Assembly: GCA_963823335.1 (NCBI GenBank) | Contig: CAWGLD010000004.1 | Span: forward strand, 1 to 64,000 | Source of the DNA: an uncultured delta proteobacterium | Lineage (GTDB): Bacteria; Desulfobacterota; Desulfobacteria; Desulfobacterales; B30-G6 | DNA: 64,000 nucleotides | Direction: 5' to 3' | Part shown: positions 11,411 through 22,080 of the stretch, piece after piece | How positions within the stretch are numbered: the first letter of the stretch is position 1 | Layout of the letters: each line of letters begins with the position of its first letter | Program-made: the position numbers and the translations under genes | The notes under the pieces: generated by a model | Told to the model about the DNA's origin: nothing | Seen by the model: only the letters and a program-made list of their open reading frames with translations | Databases searched by the model: none

Positions 11411-12193
11411 ATGAATGAAGCCAGGCACATAGCTTTAGAATCACGTCTCTCTCACTGTGAAAATGTTATCACCCTCGGTGTTAAACCTAACCTGGAGGAT
11501 TATTCCAGCGAGGCTATGGCGCTGATTCGAAATGCAAATAAAATATATTATCCGTCCTCCTTTCATGCGGAACTGTTCCACGCCATGGGTAAGGAAACAT
11601 TTCCCAGTCCTCATAACTATTCGTTTGCACAAGATAAAATAAAACAGACCGCGCTGTTCAAACTACTGAATATTCCCCACCCCCGTACCAGGGTTTTTTA
11701 TGGAAAACATCAAAAAACCTCGATTTTAAAACACTTTCAATTTCCTTTCATCGCAAAAATCCCGCGGGGATCTGCCATGGGGCGCGGTGTTTTTCTGATA
11801 CAGAACCAGACTGACTGCCATCGCTATCTGTCCCTGGACACCCCCGCCTATATCCAGGAATATCTGTCCCTGGACCGCGATATACGGGTTGTGGTAATCG
11901 GCAAGGAAGTTGCACACGCTTACTGGCGGATCGCTGCCAAAGGTGAGTTTAGAAGCAACGTTGCCGCAGGCGCCAGCATCAGCCTTGAGCCCGTTCCCAG
12001 AGAAGCACACGCCCTGGCACTGCAGACTGCTCAAGCATGTCGCTGGAATGACGTGGGTATCGATATCTGCTCCCACAACGGGAAATTATTTGTCCTGGAA
12101 GCCAATATGAAGTATGGAAAAGAAGGATTTAGAGCCGCAGGCATGGATTATGTGAACATGATGGCACACAAGATCGCTAACGGCGCCATATAG
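11411..12193 (+). CDS. RimK-family ATP-grasp ligase
   Basis: QDK, GSAMGRGV, IQEYL, DIRVVVIG, FRSNV, GID, LEAN motifs. Confidence 0.85.
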   Translation: MNEARHIALESRLSHCENVITLGVKPNLEDYSSEAMALIRNANKIYYPSSFHAELFHAMGKETFPSPHNYSFAQDKIKQTALFKLLNIPHPRTRVFYGKHQKTSILKHFQFPFIAKIPRGSAMGRGVFLIQNQTDCHRYLSLDTPAYIQEYLSLDRDIRVVVIGKEVAHAYWRIAAKGEFRSNVAAGASISLEPVPREAHALALQTAQACRWNDVGIDICSHNGKLFVLEANMKYGKEGFRAAGMDYVNMMAHKIANGAI

Positions 12194-12196
12194 AGA

Positions 12197-12246
12197 AGGG
12201 TTCAAGGGTCCCGGGGGAGGGTGATACAAGGGTTCGAGGGTAGCTG
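12197..12246 (+). repeat. Family D G-rich octamer array (AGGGTTCA-like), copy 1
   Basis: AGGGTTCAAGGGTCCCGGGGGAGGGTGATACAAGGGTTCGAGGGTAGCTGA, 4 nt after the RimK-like stop; similar to 24382, 41477 and 54833-54868(-). Confidence 0.8.
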
Positions 12247-12286
12247 ACAGCTATCAGCGGCTTATCCGAACTGGGAGGAAAAATAT

Positions 12287-13468
12287 TTGAAGAAAATCAG
12301 AAATATGATGCGTGCCTTGAATGAAACCGAAACCGAAAGGTTTTCATCCACGGCAACAAAAAGCGGTCAGGGAATCAGACGCCGCCATGAGGCGCGGCTT
12401 GATTCTGACTACCGGCAACCCTTTTCTCTGGACGTGGATAGAATCCTGCACTCCCGGGCGTATGCCCGCTATATTGACAAAACCCAGGTTTTCTACCTGA
12501 TACAGAATGACCACATCACCCACCGTGTTCTGCACGTTCAGCTGGTATCCAAAATTGCCCGTACTGTTGGCCGGTTTTTAAGATTAAACGAAGACCTTAT
12601 TGAAGCCATCGCCCTGGGTCACGATATTGGCCATACACCCTTTGGTCATGATGGCGAACGGTTCCTTTCGGATATCTGTCATGCCAACGGCATTGGCCAT
12701 TTTTTGCACAACATTCAGAGCGTCCAGTTTCTTGACCGGGTGGAACGATCTGGAAAAGGGTGGAATCTGTGTCTGCAAACCTTGGATGGGATCCTCTGCC
12801 ACGATGGCGAAATACATAATATGTTACTTGAACCTATAGTAGATAAGACATTTGAATTACATGATATAGAAATATCAAACAAAAAGAAAGATCCCGACTA
12901 TTCCCTAACGCCCATGACCATGGAGGGATGTGTGGTCAGGATGGCTGACACCATCAGCTATATCGGCCGGGATATTGAAGATGCAATTCGTCTGGGGGTT
13001 ATCCGACGGACTGATCTGCCGCATAATTGTGTTCAGCGCTTAGGAGACACCAACGGAACGATTGTTTACAGCCTCGTCACCGATGTCATTGAAAACAGCT
13101 TCCATCAACCGCACATAAGCTTCAGCAGACCCGTTTCCGAGGCCTTGAAAGAACTCAAACAATTCAACCTCGAAAGAATCTATCTCAGCCCTCTGGTTAA
13201 AAAACATTATGAAGATATCAAATCCTTGTTCCATCTTCTGTTTGAACGGTTTTTATATGATGTAAAGAATGACAACAAGAATTCAATCATTTTTTCAGCG
13301 TTCCTGGAAAATAAATCAGATGTCTACGTGGCTTCCCATCGATCCGAAGAGGTCGTAAGAGATTTCATTTCCGGCATGACGGATCGTTTTTTTCTCCGTC
13401 TGTGCCCTGACAAGATAAAACCCCTCATGAAAACCAATATCTTGGAATCTTATTGGGAAAACGGTTAG
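12287..13468 (+). CDS. HD-domain phosphohydrolase, dGTP triphosphohydrolase-like
   Basis: DRILHS, KTQV, HRVLH, HDIGHTPFGH, ADTISY, DFISGMTD. Confidence 0.85.
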   Translation: MKKIRNMMRALNETETERFSSTATKSGQGIRRRHEARLDSDYRQPFSLDVDRILHSRAYARYIDKTQVFYLIQNDHITHRVLHVQLVSKIARTVGRFLRLNEDLIEAIALGHDIGHTPFGHDGERFLSDICHANGIGHFLHNIQSVQFLDRVERSGKGWNLCLQTLDGILCHDGEIHNMLLEPIVDKTFELHDIEISNKKKDPDYSLTPMTMEGCVVRMADTISYIGRDIEDAIRLGVIRRTDLPHNCVQRLGDTNGTIVYSLVTDVIENSFHQPHISFSRPVSEALKELKQFNLERIYLSPLVKKHYEDIKSLFHLLFERFLYDVKNDNKNSIIFSAFLENKSDVYVASHRSEEVVRDFISGMTDRFFLRLCPDKIKPLMKTNILESYWENG

Positions 13469-13479
13469 CTATCTATTCC

Positions 13480-14217
13480 ATGCACCAGGAACGCACATAT
13501 CGTAATCAACTATACCATGAGCGCTTGTGTTCTTTTCGAACCATCGTGAAAGAAACAGACCTGTTTATTCAGACCTGCATGAACCTGGATTCCGAGGCAA
13601 AAGAATCCATACTGTCGCACAGGGGCTGTATTGAATCTTTTGTCCAACAGCGTCCTGATTTCCTGACATCCCTGGTGCCCCTGCAAATCTCCAGTCCGGT
13701 TCCGGACATCATCGCGGACATGATGAACGCCGCCAACCGGTCCGGGGTCGGCCCCATGGCAGCCGTTGCCGGTGCTATCGCGGAACGTGTCGGTCATGAC
13801 CTGCTGAAATTTTCAGGGGAAGTGATCATAGAAAACGGTGGAGATATCTTCATTCGAACCAACAAGCCTGTGACCATCGGGATCTTTGCCAACCGCTCGC
13901 CATTGAGTATGCGCATCGGTCTTAAAATCGATAGCCATGATCGCCCCATGGCCGTTTGCACCTCTTCTGGAACCGTAGGTCACTCCCTCAGCTTTGGTAC
14001 AGCCGATGCCGTGACCGTGGTTTCGCGATCATGCTCGCTGGCCGACGCAGCCGCTACCGCTATCGCAAACCGGGTGAAACAAAAAGCAGATCTGAAGGAT
14101 GCTATATCTTTTGCTAAAAATATCAAAGGGGTAAAAGGATTGATTGTCATTAAAAATGATAACGCAGGCATGTGGGGCGATCTGGATGTTGTACAGCTTA
14201 AACAAAATAATGGTTGA
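13480..14217 (+). CDS. UPF0280 / ApbE-superfamily protein
   Basis: VGPMAAVAGAIA, ENGGD, CTSSGTVGHSLSFG, ADAAATA. Confidence 0.9.
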   Translation: MHQERTYRNQLYHERLCSFRTIVKETDLFIQTCMNLDSEAKESILSHRGCIESFVQQRPDFLTSLVPLQISSPVPDIIADMMNAANRSGVGPMAAVAGAIAERVGHDLLKFSGEVIIENGGDIFIRTNKPVTIGIFANRSPLSMRIGLKIDSHDRPMAVCTSSGTVGHSLSFGTADAVTVVSRSCSLADAAATAIANRVKQKADLKDAISFAKNIKGVKGLIVIKNDNAGMWGDLDVVQLKQNNG

Positions 14218-14267
14218 GTTTTAACCGTTTAAAAGGTAATAAACACACATGATAACATCCAATATAA

Positions 14268-14777
14268 ATGGCAACGGACGATAAATTGAAGACGATGTGG
14301 GCACCTTGGCGCATGGAATACATCCTTGGAGACAAGGAGAAATCCTGTATCTTCTGCGATGCTCTGGATAAAAAAGATGACTTGACGCTCTATAAAGGAT
14401 CGACAACCCTGGTTGTTATGAACAAATTTCCATACATCAATGGTCATCTTCTGGTTGCGCCCGTAAGACATCTCGCATCCCTGGATCAGCTGAATCACAT
14501 GGAGATGAGGGATCTGCTGCTCACCGTGGAGCGAGCCATTGATAATCTCAAGCAGCAGATGGCACCGGATGGATTCAATGTGGGCCTGAATCTGGGGCGG
14601 GTGGCAGGTGCCGGCGTGGAAGAGCATCTTCACTTTCATATTGTACCAAGGTGGTTCGGCGACGTGAACGCCCTGGCCGTTTTTGCTGATGTGCGTGTGA
14701 TACCCGAACATTTGCAGGCCACCTACCAGAGCTTGAAGCCGCTCTTTAAAAGGCTTCCCGAAAACATCTGTCAATGA
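14268..14777 (+). CDS. HIT-family hydrolase (Ap4A phosphorylase type)
   Basis: WAPWR, CIFC, NKFPY, HLHFHIVPRW. Confidence 0.92.
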   Translation: MATDDKLKTMWAPWRMEYILGDKEKSCIFCDALDKKDDLTLYKGSTTLVVMNKFPYINGHLLVAPVRHLASLDQLNHMEMRDLLLTVERAIDNLKQQMAPDGFNVGLNLGRVAGAGVEEHLHFHIVPRWFGDVNALAVFADVRVIPEHLQATYQSLKPLFKRLPENICQ

Positions 14778-14803
14778 ATTATCTTCAAACAGGGAGATTA
14801 GAA

Positions 14804-15193
14804 ATGAAAAAAGCAAAGATCGCTTTCTGGTTGATCCTTTTAGGTTTTATTGCTTTGCTGTCCTATCAAAACTGGGATTTTTTCATGTCCGAGCATCGCC
14901 TTAGATTAGACCTGTTTGTGACGGACGAGTTCAGCACTCCGAACTTGCAAAACGCCATTCTCTTTCTAATTTTTTTCTTCCTTGGTCTTCTTGTCTCTTA
15001 TTTCATCACCCTGGTTGAGCGCTTCAAATCAAGAAAAACCATCAAAATGTTAAATACCGCCCTGGAAATGAATCAGAAACAAATGGATGAATTAAAGAAA
15101 GAAATCCTGCTGTTTAAGGGTGAAACACCTCCCATTGCCAACCCCGATGTCACCACAGACCAAACTGAAGTCAAGGATTCTGATGTTTCATGA
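14804..15193 (+). CDS. LapA (DUF1049)-family membrane protein
   Basis: TM-QN...TM followed by a coiled coil; GGGAG RBS upstream of ATG 14804. Confidence 0.65.
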   Translation: MKKAKIAFWLILLGFIALLSYQNWDFFMSEHRLRLDLFVTDEFSTPNLQNAILFLIFFFLGLLVSYFITLVERFKSRKTIKMLNTALEMNQKQMDELKKEILLFKGETPPIANPDVTTDQTEVKDSDVS

Positions 15194-17850
15194 ACCCTTC
15201 TAGCGCTACCCCGATGATACAACAGTATCTGGCGGTCAAAGAAGAATACCCGGATGCCATCCTTTTATATCGAATGGGTGATTTTTTCGAAATGTTCTTC
15301 GAGGATGCTGAAAAAGCATCCAGACTTCTGGATATCACTCTGACTTCGCGAAACAAGAAAGCAGACACCCCCATACCCATGTGTGGCGTACCACACCGCG
15401 CGGTTCAAGGCTACATCGCACGATTAATTGAAAAGGGCTACAAAGTCGCCATATGTGACCAGGTGGAGGATCCAAGTACGGCCAAAGGACTCGTGAAACG
15501 TGAAGTTGTTCGTGTCGTCACACCGGGGATGATTCTTGAAAATGAATTGTTAGACGAAAAATCAAACAATTATGTTCTTTCCGCAATATTCGAAAACAAT
15601 CGGATCGGTTTATCTTATCTCGACATTTCCACGGGTACTTTTCGCATGATGGAAACCGGTGACATAGGGGCTGTCATCGAAGAAACCTTTCGTGTTTCAC
15701 CCAGTGAAGTCATTCTTCCACCGCAGGAAGCTGTCGATCCTGATCTTGCTCGCTACCTCGAGGCCGTAAAAGAATTCCACCCCACCATTCTTGAAGCAAA
15801 AGCTTTTGAATACAGACCAGCCAGGGACCGTCTGCTCAAATCATTCGGAACTGTTTCTCTCGAAGGCTTTGGCTGTGAGAAGCTGCGGCAGGGCGTTCGT
15901 GCCGCCGGTGCACTGGTATTTTATGTTCAGCAGACCCAGAAACAGAAACTTGAACACATACGTCACATCGAGGTCTACAGTCTTGACAGTTACCTGTTCA
16001 TGGATGACCAGTCTTATCAGAATCTAGAGGTTGAAAAGAACCTGCATTCCAGGACCCGTAAGGGCTCTTTGCTCAATACCATGGACATGACCATGACCGC
16101 CATGGGCAGCCGTATGCTGAAACAGTGGCTGCGTTACCCCCTGACGGATCCAACACAGATCATATCTCGGTTTGACGCGCTTGACGAGTCCAGAAACCAG
16201 TATCAATCCACACGTGAGATACGTGATCACCTGCACAGGATTTACGATATTGAACGCCTGAGGAGTAAAATTTCCATGGGGCACGCCAATGCCCGGGATC
16301 TCCTGTCTTTGAAACAGTCGTTGCAAAATCTGCCGACCATCAGCGGCCTTCTCGCTACATTCCAGTCACCGCTGTTTGAGCTGTCTTTCGACCTGCAATC
16401 TTTAGAATCGATTGCCCGGCATATTGAACAGGCCATCCGGGAAGATGCGCCGCCCACACTCCATGAGGGTGGTATTGTCAGGGAAGGTTTCGACCCGGCT
16501 TTGGACGAACTCATACAGATCACCCGCGAAGGAAAAAGCTGGTTGGTAAACCTGGAAAAACAGGAAAGGGAGCGCACAGGCATCACGGCCTTGAAAGTGC
16601 GTTACAACAAGGTCTTTGGCTATTATCTTGAAATTCCAAAAACACGTTTGAATGCCGTTCCAGCCCACTACATTCGAAAACAGACTCTTGTAAACGCCGA
16701 GCGTTTCATTACCGAAGAGCTGAAAACATTTGAAGATAAAGTGATTGGTGCCGAAGACAAACGTGCTGAAATGGAGTTCGAAATATTGAACACCATCAAA
16801 GCACTGGTCATCGGAAAAAATGACGACCTGGAGACAGCGGGAGCTTTTCTGGCGCGTCTTGACTGTCTTCTTACCCTAGCTGTTCTTTCCCTGGAAAACA
16901 ATTACACAAGACCCGATATCAACACAGAAGGTCTCTTGCATATCCAAGATGGCCGGCATCCTGTCATAGAAAAAATGATCGCAGGGGAAAGATTCGTTCC
17001 CAATACCCTGTCCATGGATAATCACCAAAACCAGGTTCTCATTATCACGGGACCCAATATGGCAGGCAAATCGACAATTCTACGCCAAGTGGCTCTGACG
17101 GTCCTGATGGCACAGATGGGTTCTTTTGTCCCGGCAAAAAAAGCTTCCATCAGTGTGACGGATCGCATTTTTACGCGGGTTGGTGCGCTGGACAACCTGG
17201 CACAGGGTCAGAGTACCTTTTTGGTTGAAATGCAGGAAACAGCCAACATTCTCAACAATGCGTCGAGTGCGAGTCTGGTGATCATGGACGAAATAGGACG
17301 CGGCACAAGTACATTCGATGGGTTAAGTATTGCATGGGCGGTAGCGGAGTTTCTGCACGACATCCACGGAACCGGAGTTAAAACACTTTTTGCCACTCAC
17401 TACCACGAACTGACAGAGTTGGCCAAGGATAAGGAACGGGTAAAAAATTTCAATATCACCGTTAAAGAGTGGAATGATGAGATTATTTTTCTGCGGAAGC
17501 TGGTGGAAGGTGGAACCAACCGCAGTTATGGCATTCAAGTTGCGAGACTCGCCGGAATACCCAGGACAGTGATTCAGCGCGCAACACGAATCCTTGCCGA
17601 TATTGAAAGCAATAGCCCCACACTTCCACGTATGCGGGACCGGCGCAGGCCGACTGGAGGAGAACAGCCATCTCAGGTTCAACTGGAGCTATTTAAAGGA
17701 TATGACGATATTGTCATCAAGGAGATTCAAGCGTTGGATACGGCCCGTATGACACCGCTGGATGCACTCAATTTTCTCCATTCGATACAGGATAAAATAA
17801 AGCCGAGACCGTTCGGGCATGACAGCGAAGCTCTACCTAAAAGGAATTGA
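15190..17850 (+). CDS. mutS: DNA mismatch repair protein MutS
   Basis: TPMIQQY, RMGDFFEMF, TGPNMAGKST, DEIGRGTS, FATHYHEL, SYGIQVA. Confidence 0.98.
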   Translation: MNPSSATPMIQQYLAVKEEYPDAILLYRMGDFFEMFFEDAEKASRLLDITLTSRNKKADTPIPMCGVPHRAVQGYIARLIEKGYKVAICDQVEDPSTAKGLVKREVVRVVTPGMILENELLDEKSNNYVLSAIFENNRIGLSYLDISTGTFRMMETGDIGAVIEETFRVSPSEVILPPQEAVDPDLARYLEAVKEFHPTILEAKAFEYRPARDRLLKSFGTVSLEGFGCEKLRQGVRAAGALVFYVQQTQKQKLEHIRHIEVYSLDSYLFMDDQSYQNLEVEKNLHSRTRKGSLLNTMDMTMTAMGSRMLKQWLRYPLTDPTQIISRFDALDESRNQYQSTREIRDHLHRIYDIERLRSKISMGHANARDLLSLKQSLQNLPTISGLLATFQSPLFELSFDLQSLESIARHIEQAIREDAPPTLHEGGIVREGFDPALDELIQITREGKSWLVNLEKQERERTGITALKVRYNKVFGYYLEIPKTRLNAVPAHYIRKQTLVNAERFITEELKTFEDKVIGAEDKRAEMEFEILNTIKALVIGKNDDLETAGAFLARLDCLLTLAVLSLENNYTRPDINTEGLLHIQDGRHPVIEKMIAGERFVPNTLSMDNHQNQVLIITGPNMAGKSTILRQVALTVLMAQMGSFVPAKKASISVTDRIFTRVGALDNLAQGQSTFLVEMQETANILNNASSASLVIMDEIGRGTSTFDGLSIAWAVAEFLHDIHGTGVKTLFATHYHELTELAKDKERVKNFNITVKEWNDEIIFLRKLVEGGTNRSYGIQVARLAGIPRTVIQRATRILADIESNSPTLPRMRDRRRPTGGEQPSQVQLELFKGYDDIVIKEIQALDTARMTPLDALNFLHSIQDKIKPRPFGHDSEALPKRN

Positions 17851-17853
17851 ACC

Positions 17854-19893
17854 TTGCAGTATTTTTTGCAGAAACATCTGAGTCCTAAAACAAGCCACCT
17901 GTATCTGATCGTGGTCCTGTTGCTCATCAGCCTTGCAATCGGACTCTGCTCATCCGATATCGCCTTGGCCAAAACAGCCAAACACACATATATTGAAGCA
18001 AACAAGAAATATGCTTACCTGAAAAAAAACCCGAGGCTTCAGAAGTATCGGGATAAATGGTTTGCATGCATTGATCTGTTCAAGGACGTCTACCGAAAAG
18101 ATCCTGATGGCCCCTGGGCAGCCGCCGGTATGTACAAGACCGGAGAACTCTATTACGAACTATACAAAATATCTTACAAGCCCTCCGATAAAACAGAGGC
18201 ACTCGACACATTTCAACGCATCGTGAAACGATACCCGAACAGCCGATACAACCCAAAAGCCAAGGCCTTCATTGCCGCCGTCAATGGCAAGGTCGAACCG
18301 CCTCCGCAAAACAACTCCACTAACCAGGCCCAGCTCTTGAAGGATGCGGAAAATTGCTATCAGCATCTTCTCCGCAACACCTCATTGCAAAAATACCGAG
18401 ACCGATGGCTCTCTTGTATCGACAAATACAAGGCAGCTCACTCCGCCGATCCCAATGGCCCCCATGCAGCGGAAGCCATGTATCATTCCGGTGTATTGAC
18501 TCACGAGCTCTACAAGCGATCTTTTGCATCTTTTGACAAGGCCAACACCCTGACACTGTTCAACAAAACGCTCCAGTCCTATCCTGACAGTTCGTATGCT
18601 CGTGAAGCTGAAAAATATATTGCAGCCATTACAGGAAAGCCCGCAGAAACCGACCCCGCCGATGCCATCCAGCAGGTCATCGCTGAATCAGAGGCATCAC
18701 CACCAGAGGACTTGCAAACCGTCACATTGGATAGCGGGTCTCACACCCTGATTCAGGGGCTGCGTCATTGGTCCAATCCGAGTTACACACGAATCGTCAT
18801 CGATGCAAACAGGGAGACATCCTACCAGCATAGGCTTTTGAATCAAGACCCTTCCATCAACAAACCCAAACGACTCTATGTGGATCTCGATCAAAGCCGC
18901 CTCGGTGAAGACTTTGAAAAAGTTGTGCCCATCAACGACGACCTGCTCAGCAATGTGCGCGCAGGTCAATACACCAGCGAGTCCGTCAGGGTTGTCGTCG
19001 ATATCAAGTCATTCAAGACATATAAGATTTTTTCATTACGCAACCCGTTCAGAATCGTCATCGATGTTTGGGGAATTGCCACCGCTTCCAGCCCGCCGGC
19101 GGCAACCACCAAGGATATTTATCAGGATACGGCTAAAATTTCACCAAGCGCTCTGGCCAAGCAACTGGCGCTCGGTGTCAGCAATATTGTCATCGATCCT
19201 GGACATGGTGGACGGGATTATGGTGCCCCTGGATATTACAAGGGCGTCCACGAAAAAAAGATAGCCCTTGAACTCGCAAAAAAATTAGCCCAAAAAATTC
19301 GAACTGAACTTGCCTGTAACGTCTTCCTGACAAGGGAAACAGACAAGTACCTCACCCTGGAAGAAAGAACCGCAATCGCCAACACGAAGAATGCGGACCT
19401 ATTTATCTCCATTCATACAAATTCGGCTAAAGATCGAAGAGCCTTTGGCCTCGAAACGTATTTCCTGAATCTGGCAACGGATAATGAGGCCATTCGTGTG
19501 GCAGCATTTGAGAATGCGACTTCGGAAAAAAACATCAGTGACCTTCAGACCATTCTGACAGACCTCATGCAGAATGCAAAGATTAACGAGTCGAGTCGTC
19601 TGGCCGCACATGTGCAAAGCGAGTTGTCCCAACACCTGAAAAAATCATATAGCAAGATAAAAAGCAAAGGTATCAAGCAGGCACCCTTTTATGTATTACT
19701 CGGTGCCCAGATGCCGGCCATATTGATTGAAACGTCCTTTATCAGCAATCCACGCGAATGCAAGCGTTTATCGGACAGCCACTACCAGACCAAGTTATGC
19801 GAGGGCATCGTCAACGGCATACGGGAGTATATCAAAGAAACCAACCCAACTGCATTGTTGAAAATCTCCCCCAAAACAAAAGTGAAAGGTTGA
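17854..19893 (+). CDS. N-acetylmuramoyl-L-alanine amidase (duplicated TPR-like N-terminus, AMIN, Amidase_3)
   Basis: IDPGHGG, HEK, SIHTN, LIETSFISN; AMIN-like RIVID segments. Confidence 0.92.
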   Translation: MQYFLQKHLSPKTSHLYLIVVLLLISLAIGLCSSDIALAKTAKHTYIEANKKYAYLKKNPRLQKYRDKWFACIDLFKDVYRKDPDGPWAAAGMYKTGELYYELYKISYKPSDKTEALDTFQRIVKRYPNSRYNPKAKAFIAAVNGKVEPPPQNNSTNQAQLLKDAENCYQHLLRNTSLQKYRDRWLSCIDKYKAAHSADPNGPHAAEAMYHSGVLTHELYKRSFASFDKANTLTLFNKTLQSYPDSSYAREAEKYIAAITGKPAETDPADAIQQVIAESEASPPEDLQTVTLDSGSHTLIQGLRHWSNPSYTRIVIDANRETSYQHRLLNQDPSINKPKRLYVDLDQSRLGEDFEKVVPINDDLLSNVRAGQYTSESVRVVVDIKSFKTYKIFSLRNPFRIVIDVWGIATASSPPAATTKDIYQDTAKISPSALAKQLALGVSNIVIDPGHGGRDYGAPGYYKGVHEKKIALELAKKLAQKIRTELACNVFLTRETDKYLTLEERTAIANTKNADLFISIHTNSAKDRRAFGLETYFLNLATDNEAIRVAAFENATSEKNISDLQTILTDLMQNAKINESSRLAAHVQSELSQHLKKSYSKIKSKGIKQAPFYVLLGAQMPAILIETSFISNPRECKRLSDSHYQTKLCEGIVNGIREYIKETNPTALLKISPKTKVKG

Positions 19894-19903
19894 TGGGTTC
19901 CCC

Positions 19904-20803
19904 ATGATCTCCCTCATCCATAACGATGCAGCCAGGATACATCCTTATTTCATATTGATCAGTGGCATACTGGCGATTTCCACAGGGGCCGTCTTTGTGC
20001 GCATGGCCGATGCACCCTCCCTGGTAATTGCCGCCTATCGCGTCGGGCTTGCTTCACTGCTGCTTGTGCCAATAGCATGCTGGAAAACCCGCAACGAGTT
20101 ACGCGGTCTTTCTTCGAAAGACCTTAAAACGGCTTTCCTGGCCGGTGCTTTTCTGGCCCTGCATTTTGCTACATGGATTTCCTCTCTAGAGTTTACAGCC
20201 ATCTCCAACAGCGTTGTTCTCGTCAGCACAAGCCCTCTATGGGTGGGGATCCTTGCGCCGCTCTTCATCAAGGAAAAAATAAAGCCCATGACCCTGTTAG
20301 GCATCCTTTTGAGCATTATCGGTTGTGTTATCATCGGGTCCGGGGATTTTGCCACTGGAGGAAGGGCACTCTGGGGAGACTTTTTGGCACTGATGGGCGG
20401 TCTTTGCGCTGCCGGGTATCTCATCCTGGGTAAAGCACTCCGCCAAAAACTTTCCCTGCTCGTTTATGTCTCTCTATGCTACGGCAGTGCCGCCATTATT
20501 CTCTGGGCCGTGGTTCTGGTGATGGGCTTTCGGGTTTCAGGATTCAGCAACCAGACGATTGGGGCCATCTGGGCCATGGCATTGATTTCACAAATTATCG
20601 GGCACAGCTGTTATAACTGGGCCTTACGATATTGCCGCACCACCTTGGTTGCCTTGAGCTTTCTGGGTGAACCGGTTGGCAGCACAATCCTGGCATATTT
20701 TATTTTCCGTGAAGAACTGACACTCACAAAAGCCGTCGGTGGACTCATTATTTTAGGTGCCATCTACCTGGCAGCCAGAAGTGAATCTGTTGCGGGAGAA
20801 TAG
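19904..20803 (+). CDS. DMT/EamA family transporter
   Basis: About 10 TM helices; LALHFATW, GH, GEPV. Confidence 0.9.
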   Translation: MISLIHNDAARIHPYFILISGILAISTGAVFVRMADAPSLVIAAYRVGLASLLLVPIACWKTRNELRGLSSKDLKTAFLAGAFLALHFATWISSLEFTAISNSVVLVSTSPLWVGILAPLFIKEKIKPMTLLGILLSIIGCVIIGSGDFATGGRALWGDFLALMGGLCAAGYLILGKALRQKLSLLVYVSLCYGSAAIILWAVVLVMGFRVSGFSNQTIGAIWAMALISQIIGHSCYNWALRYCRTTLVALSFLGEPVGSTILAYFIFREELTLTKAVGGLIILGAIYLAARSESVAGE

Positions 20804-20839
20804 AAATTGACAAAAACTATATGTACGGAGGAACAAACT

Positions 20840-21631
20840 ATGGCATATGAGCACATTATTTTTGAAATCGAATCAGTATTGGCCACCATAACCTTTAACA
20901 GACCCAGGGCAATGAATGCGTTAAACAATGCCCTCATCGAAGAATTTTCCATGGCCCTCGACACGATCGCTTCCAATGAGGATATCCGGGTGCTGATACT
21001 CACTGGGGCAGGTGATAAATCCTTCGTAGCCGGAGCTGACATCAATGAACTGGCCACATTTAACCCGCTTGAAGCAAAATTGTTCAGCAAGAATGGCCAC
21101 CAGGCCATTCACAAACTCCAGACCCTGCCAATCCCGGTCATTGCCGCAGTTAATGGCTTTGCACTGGGGGGCGGAAGCGAGATCGCGCTGGCTTGTGACT
21201 TTATTTATGCGTCCAAGAATGCAAAATTCGGTCTACCCGAAATTACGCTCGGTATCATACCTGGTTTCGGCGGGACCCAGCGACTTCCGAGGCTTATCGG
21301 TAAAAACTTGGCCAAAGAGCTTATTTTCAGCGGAAAGATGATCAATGCCGAGGAAGCCAAGCAGATGGGTATCGTTAACCAGGTCCACGAAGCAGAATCC
21401 CTGATGGAAGCAGTTCATACAACAGCCAACATGATTGCAACCAAAGGAAAGACGTCTCTTCGTGCAGCAAAGGAAGCCATAAACAGAGGCATGGACGTCG
21501 ATCTTCATACAGGTTGCCAAATGGAAATCGATGCGTTTGCTCTGTGTATGGCAAGTGCGGATGCAAAAGAGGGTACCCATGCGTTTCTTGAAAAGCGTAA
21601 AGCACTTTTCAAGGGGTCCTTGACCGGATAA
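20840..21631 (+). CDS. Enoyl-CoA hydratase (crotonase)
   Basis: FVAGADI, GFALGGGSE, GLPE, PGFGGTQRL; GGAGGA RBS. Confidence 0.93.
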   Translation: MAYEHIIFEIESVLATITFNRPRAMNALNNALIEEFSMALDTIASNEDIRVLILTGAGDKSFVAGADINELATFNPLEAKLFSKNGHQAIHKLQTLPIPVIAAVNGFALGGGSEIALACDFIYASKNAKFGLPEITLGIIPGFGGTQRLPRLIGKNLAKELIFSGKMINAEEAKQMGIVNQVHEAESLMEAVHTTANMIATKGKTSLRAAKEAINRGMDVDLHTGCQMEIDAFALCMASADAKEGTHAFLEKRKALFKGSLTG

Positions 21632-21694
21632 TTATTTGACACAACACGCAATTTTGCGCTACAGTGGCCCTGTTTCCAACAATGTCACGCACCA

Positions 21695-21785
21695 TTGAAA
21701 GTTTTTTTCGCAACAATTTGCGAGGAATGTTCTGCCGTCCGGCAGTGCTTCGCAGCGACCGCAAGGAATTCTGTCTAACTCAGAT
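21695..21785 (+). repeat. Family B palindromic miniature element, 5' half
   Basis: CGAGGAATGTTCTGCCGTCCGGCAGTGCTTCGCAGCGACCGCAAGGAATTCTGTCTAA matches the copies at 32293 and 45739. Confidence 0.8.
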
Positions 21786-22035
21786 GCCAAAAAGAAACTC
21801 GCCACTACAGTTGAGGTGGGGAATATTGCTGCTTCTTGCAGGTCTGGGTGTTTTTTTTATGACACCCCAGAAAATGCAAGAGATTGAAAAGATAGAGCAC
21901 TTTTCTTCATATATTCCTTTTATCTGGTTCTGTTTTTACTTTATGAGCATTCTGCTCATCGGCGGCGGGGTCAAAAAAATCTATCATAATTGTCGGCGCT
22001 CTGAGAATTCGAATGAAGCCGAAAACCAAAAATGA
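21784..22035 (+). CDS. Small two-TM membrane protein
   Basis: Two hydrophobic helices and a GGGVKK tail; the upstream ORF extension lies in repeat B. Confidence 0.6.
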   Translation: MPKRNSPLQLRWGILLLLAGLGVFFMTPQKMQEIEKIEHFSSYIPFIWFCFYFMSILLIGGGVKKIYHNCRRSENSNEAENQK

Positions 22036-22080
22036 AATCGTAACATGATTTTATGAAACAAAAGGGTAACGGGTAACCCC

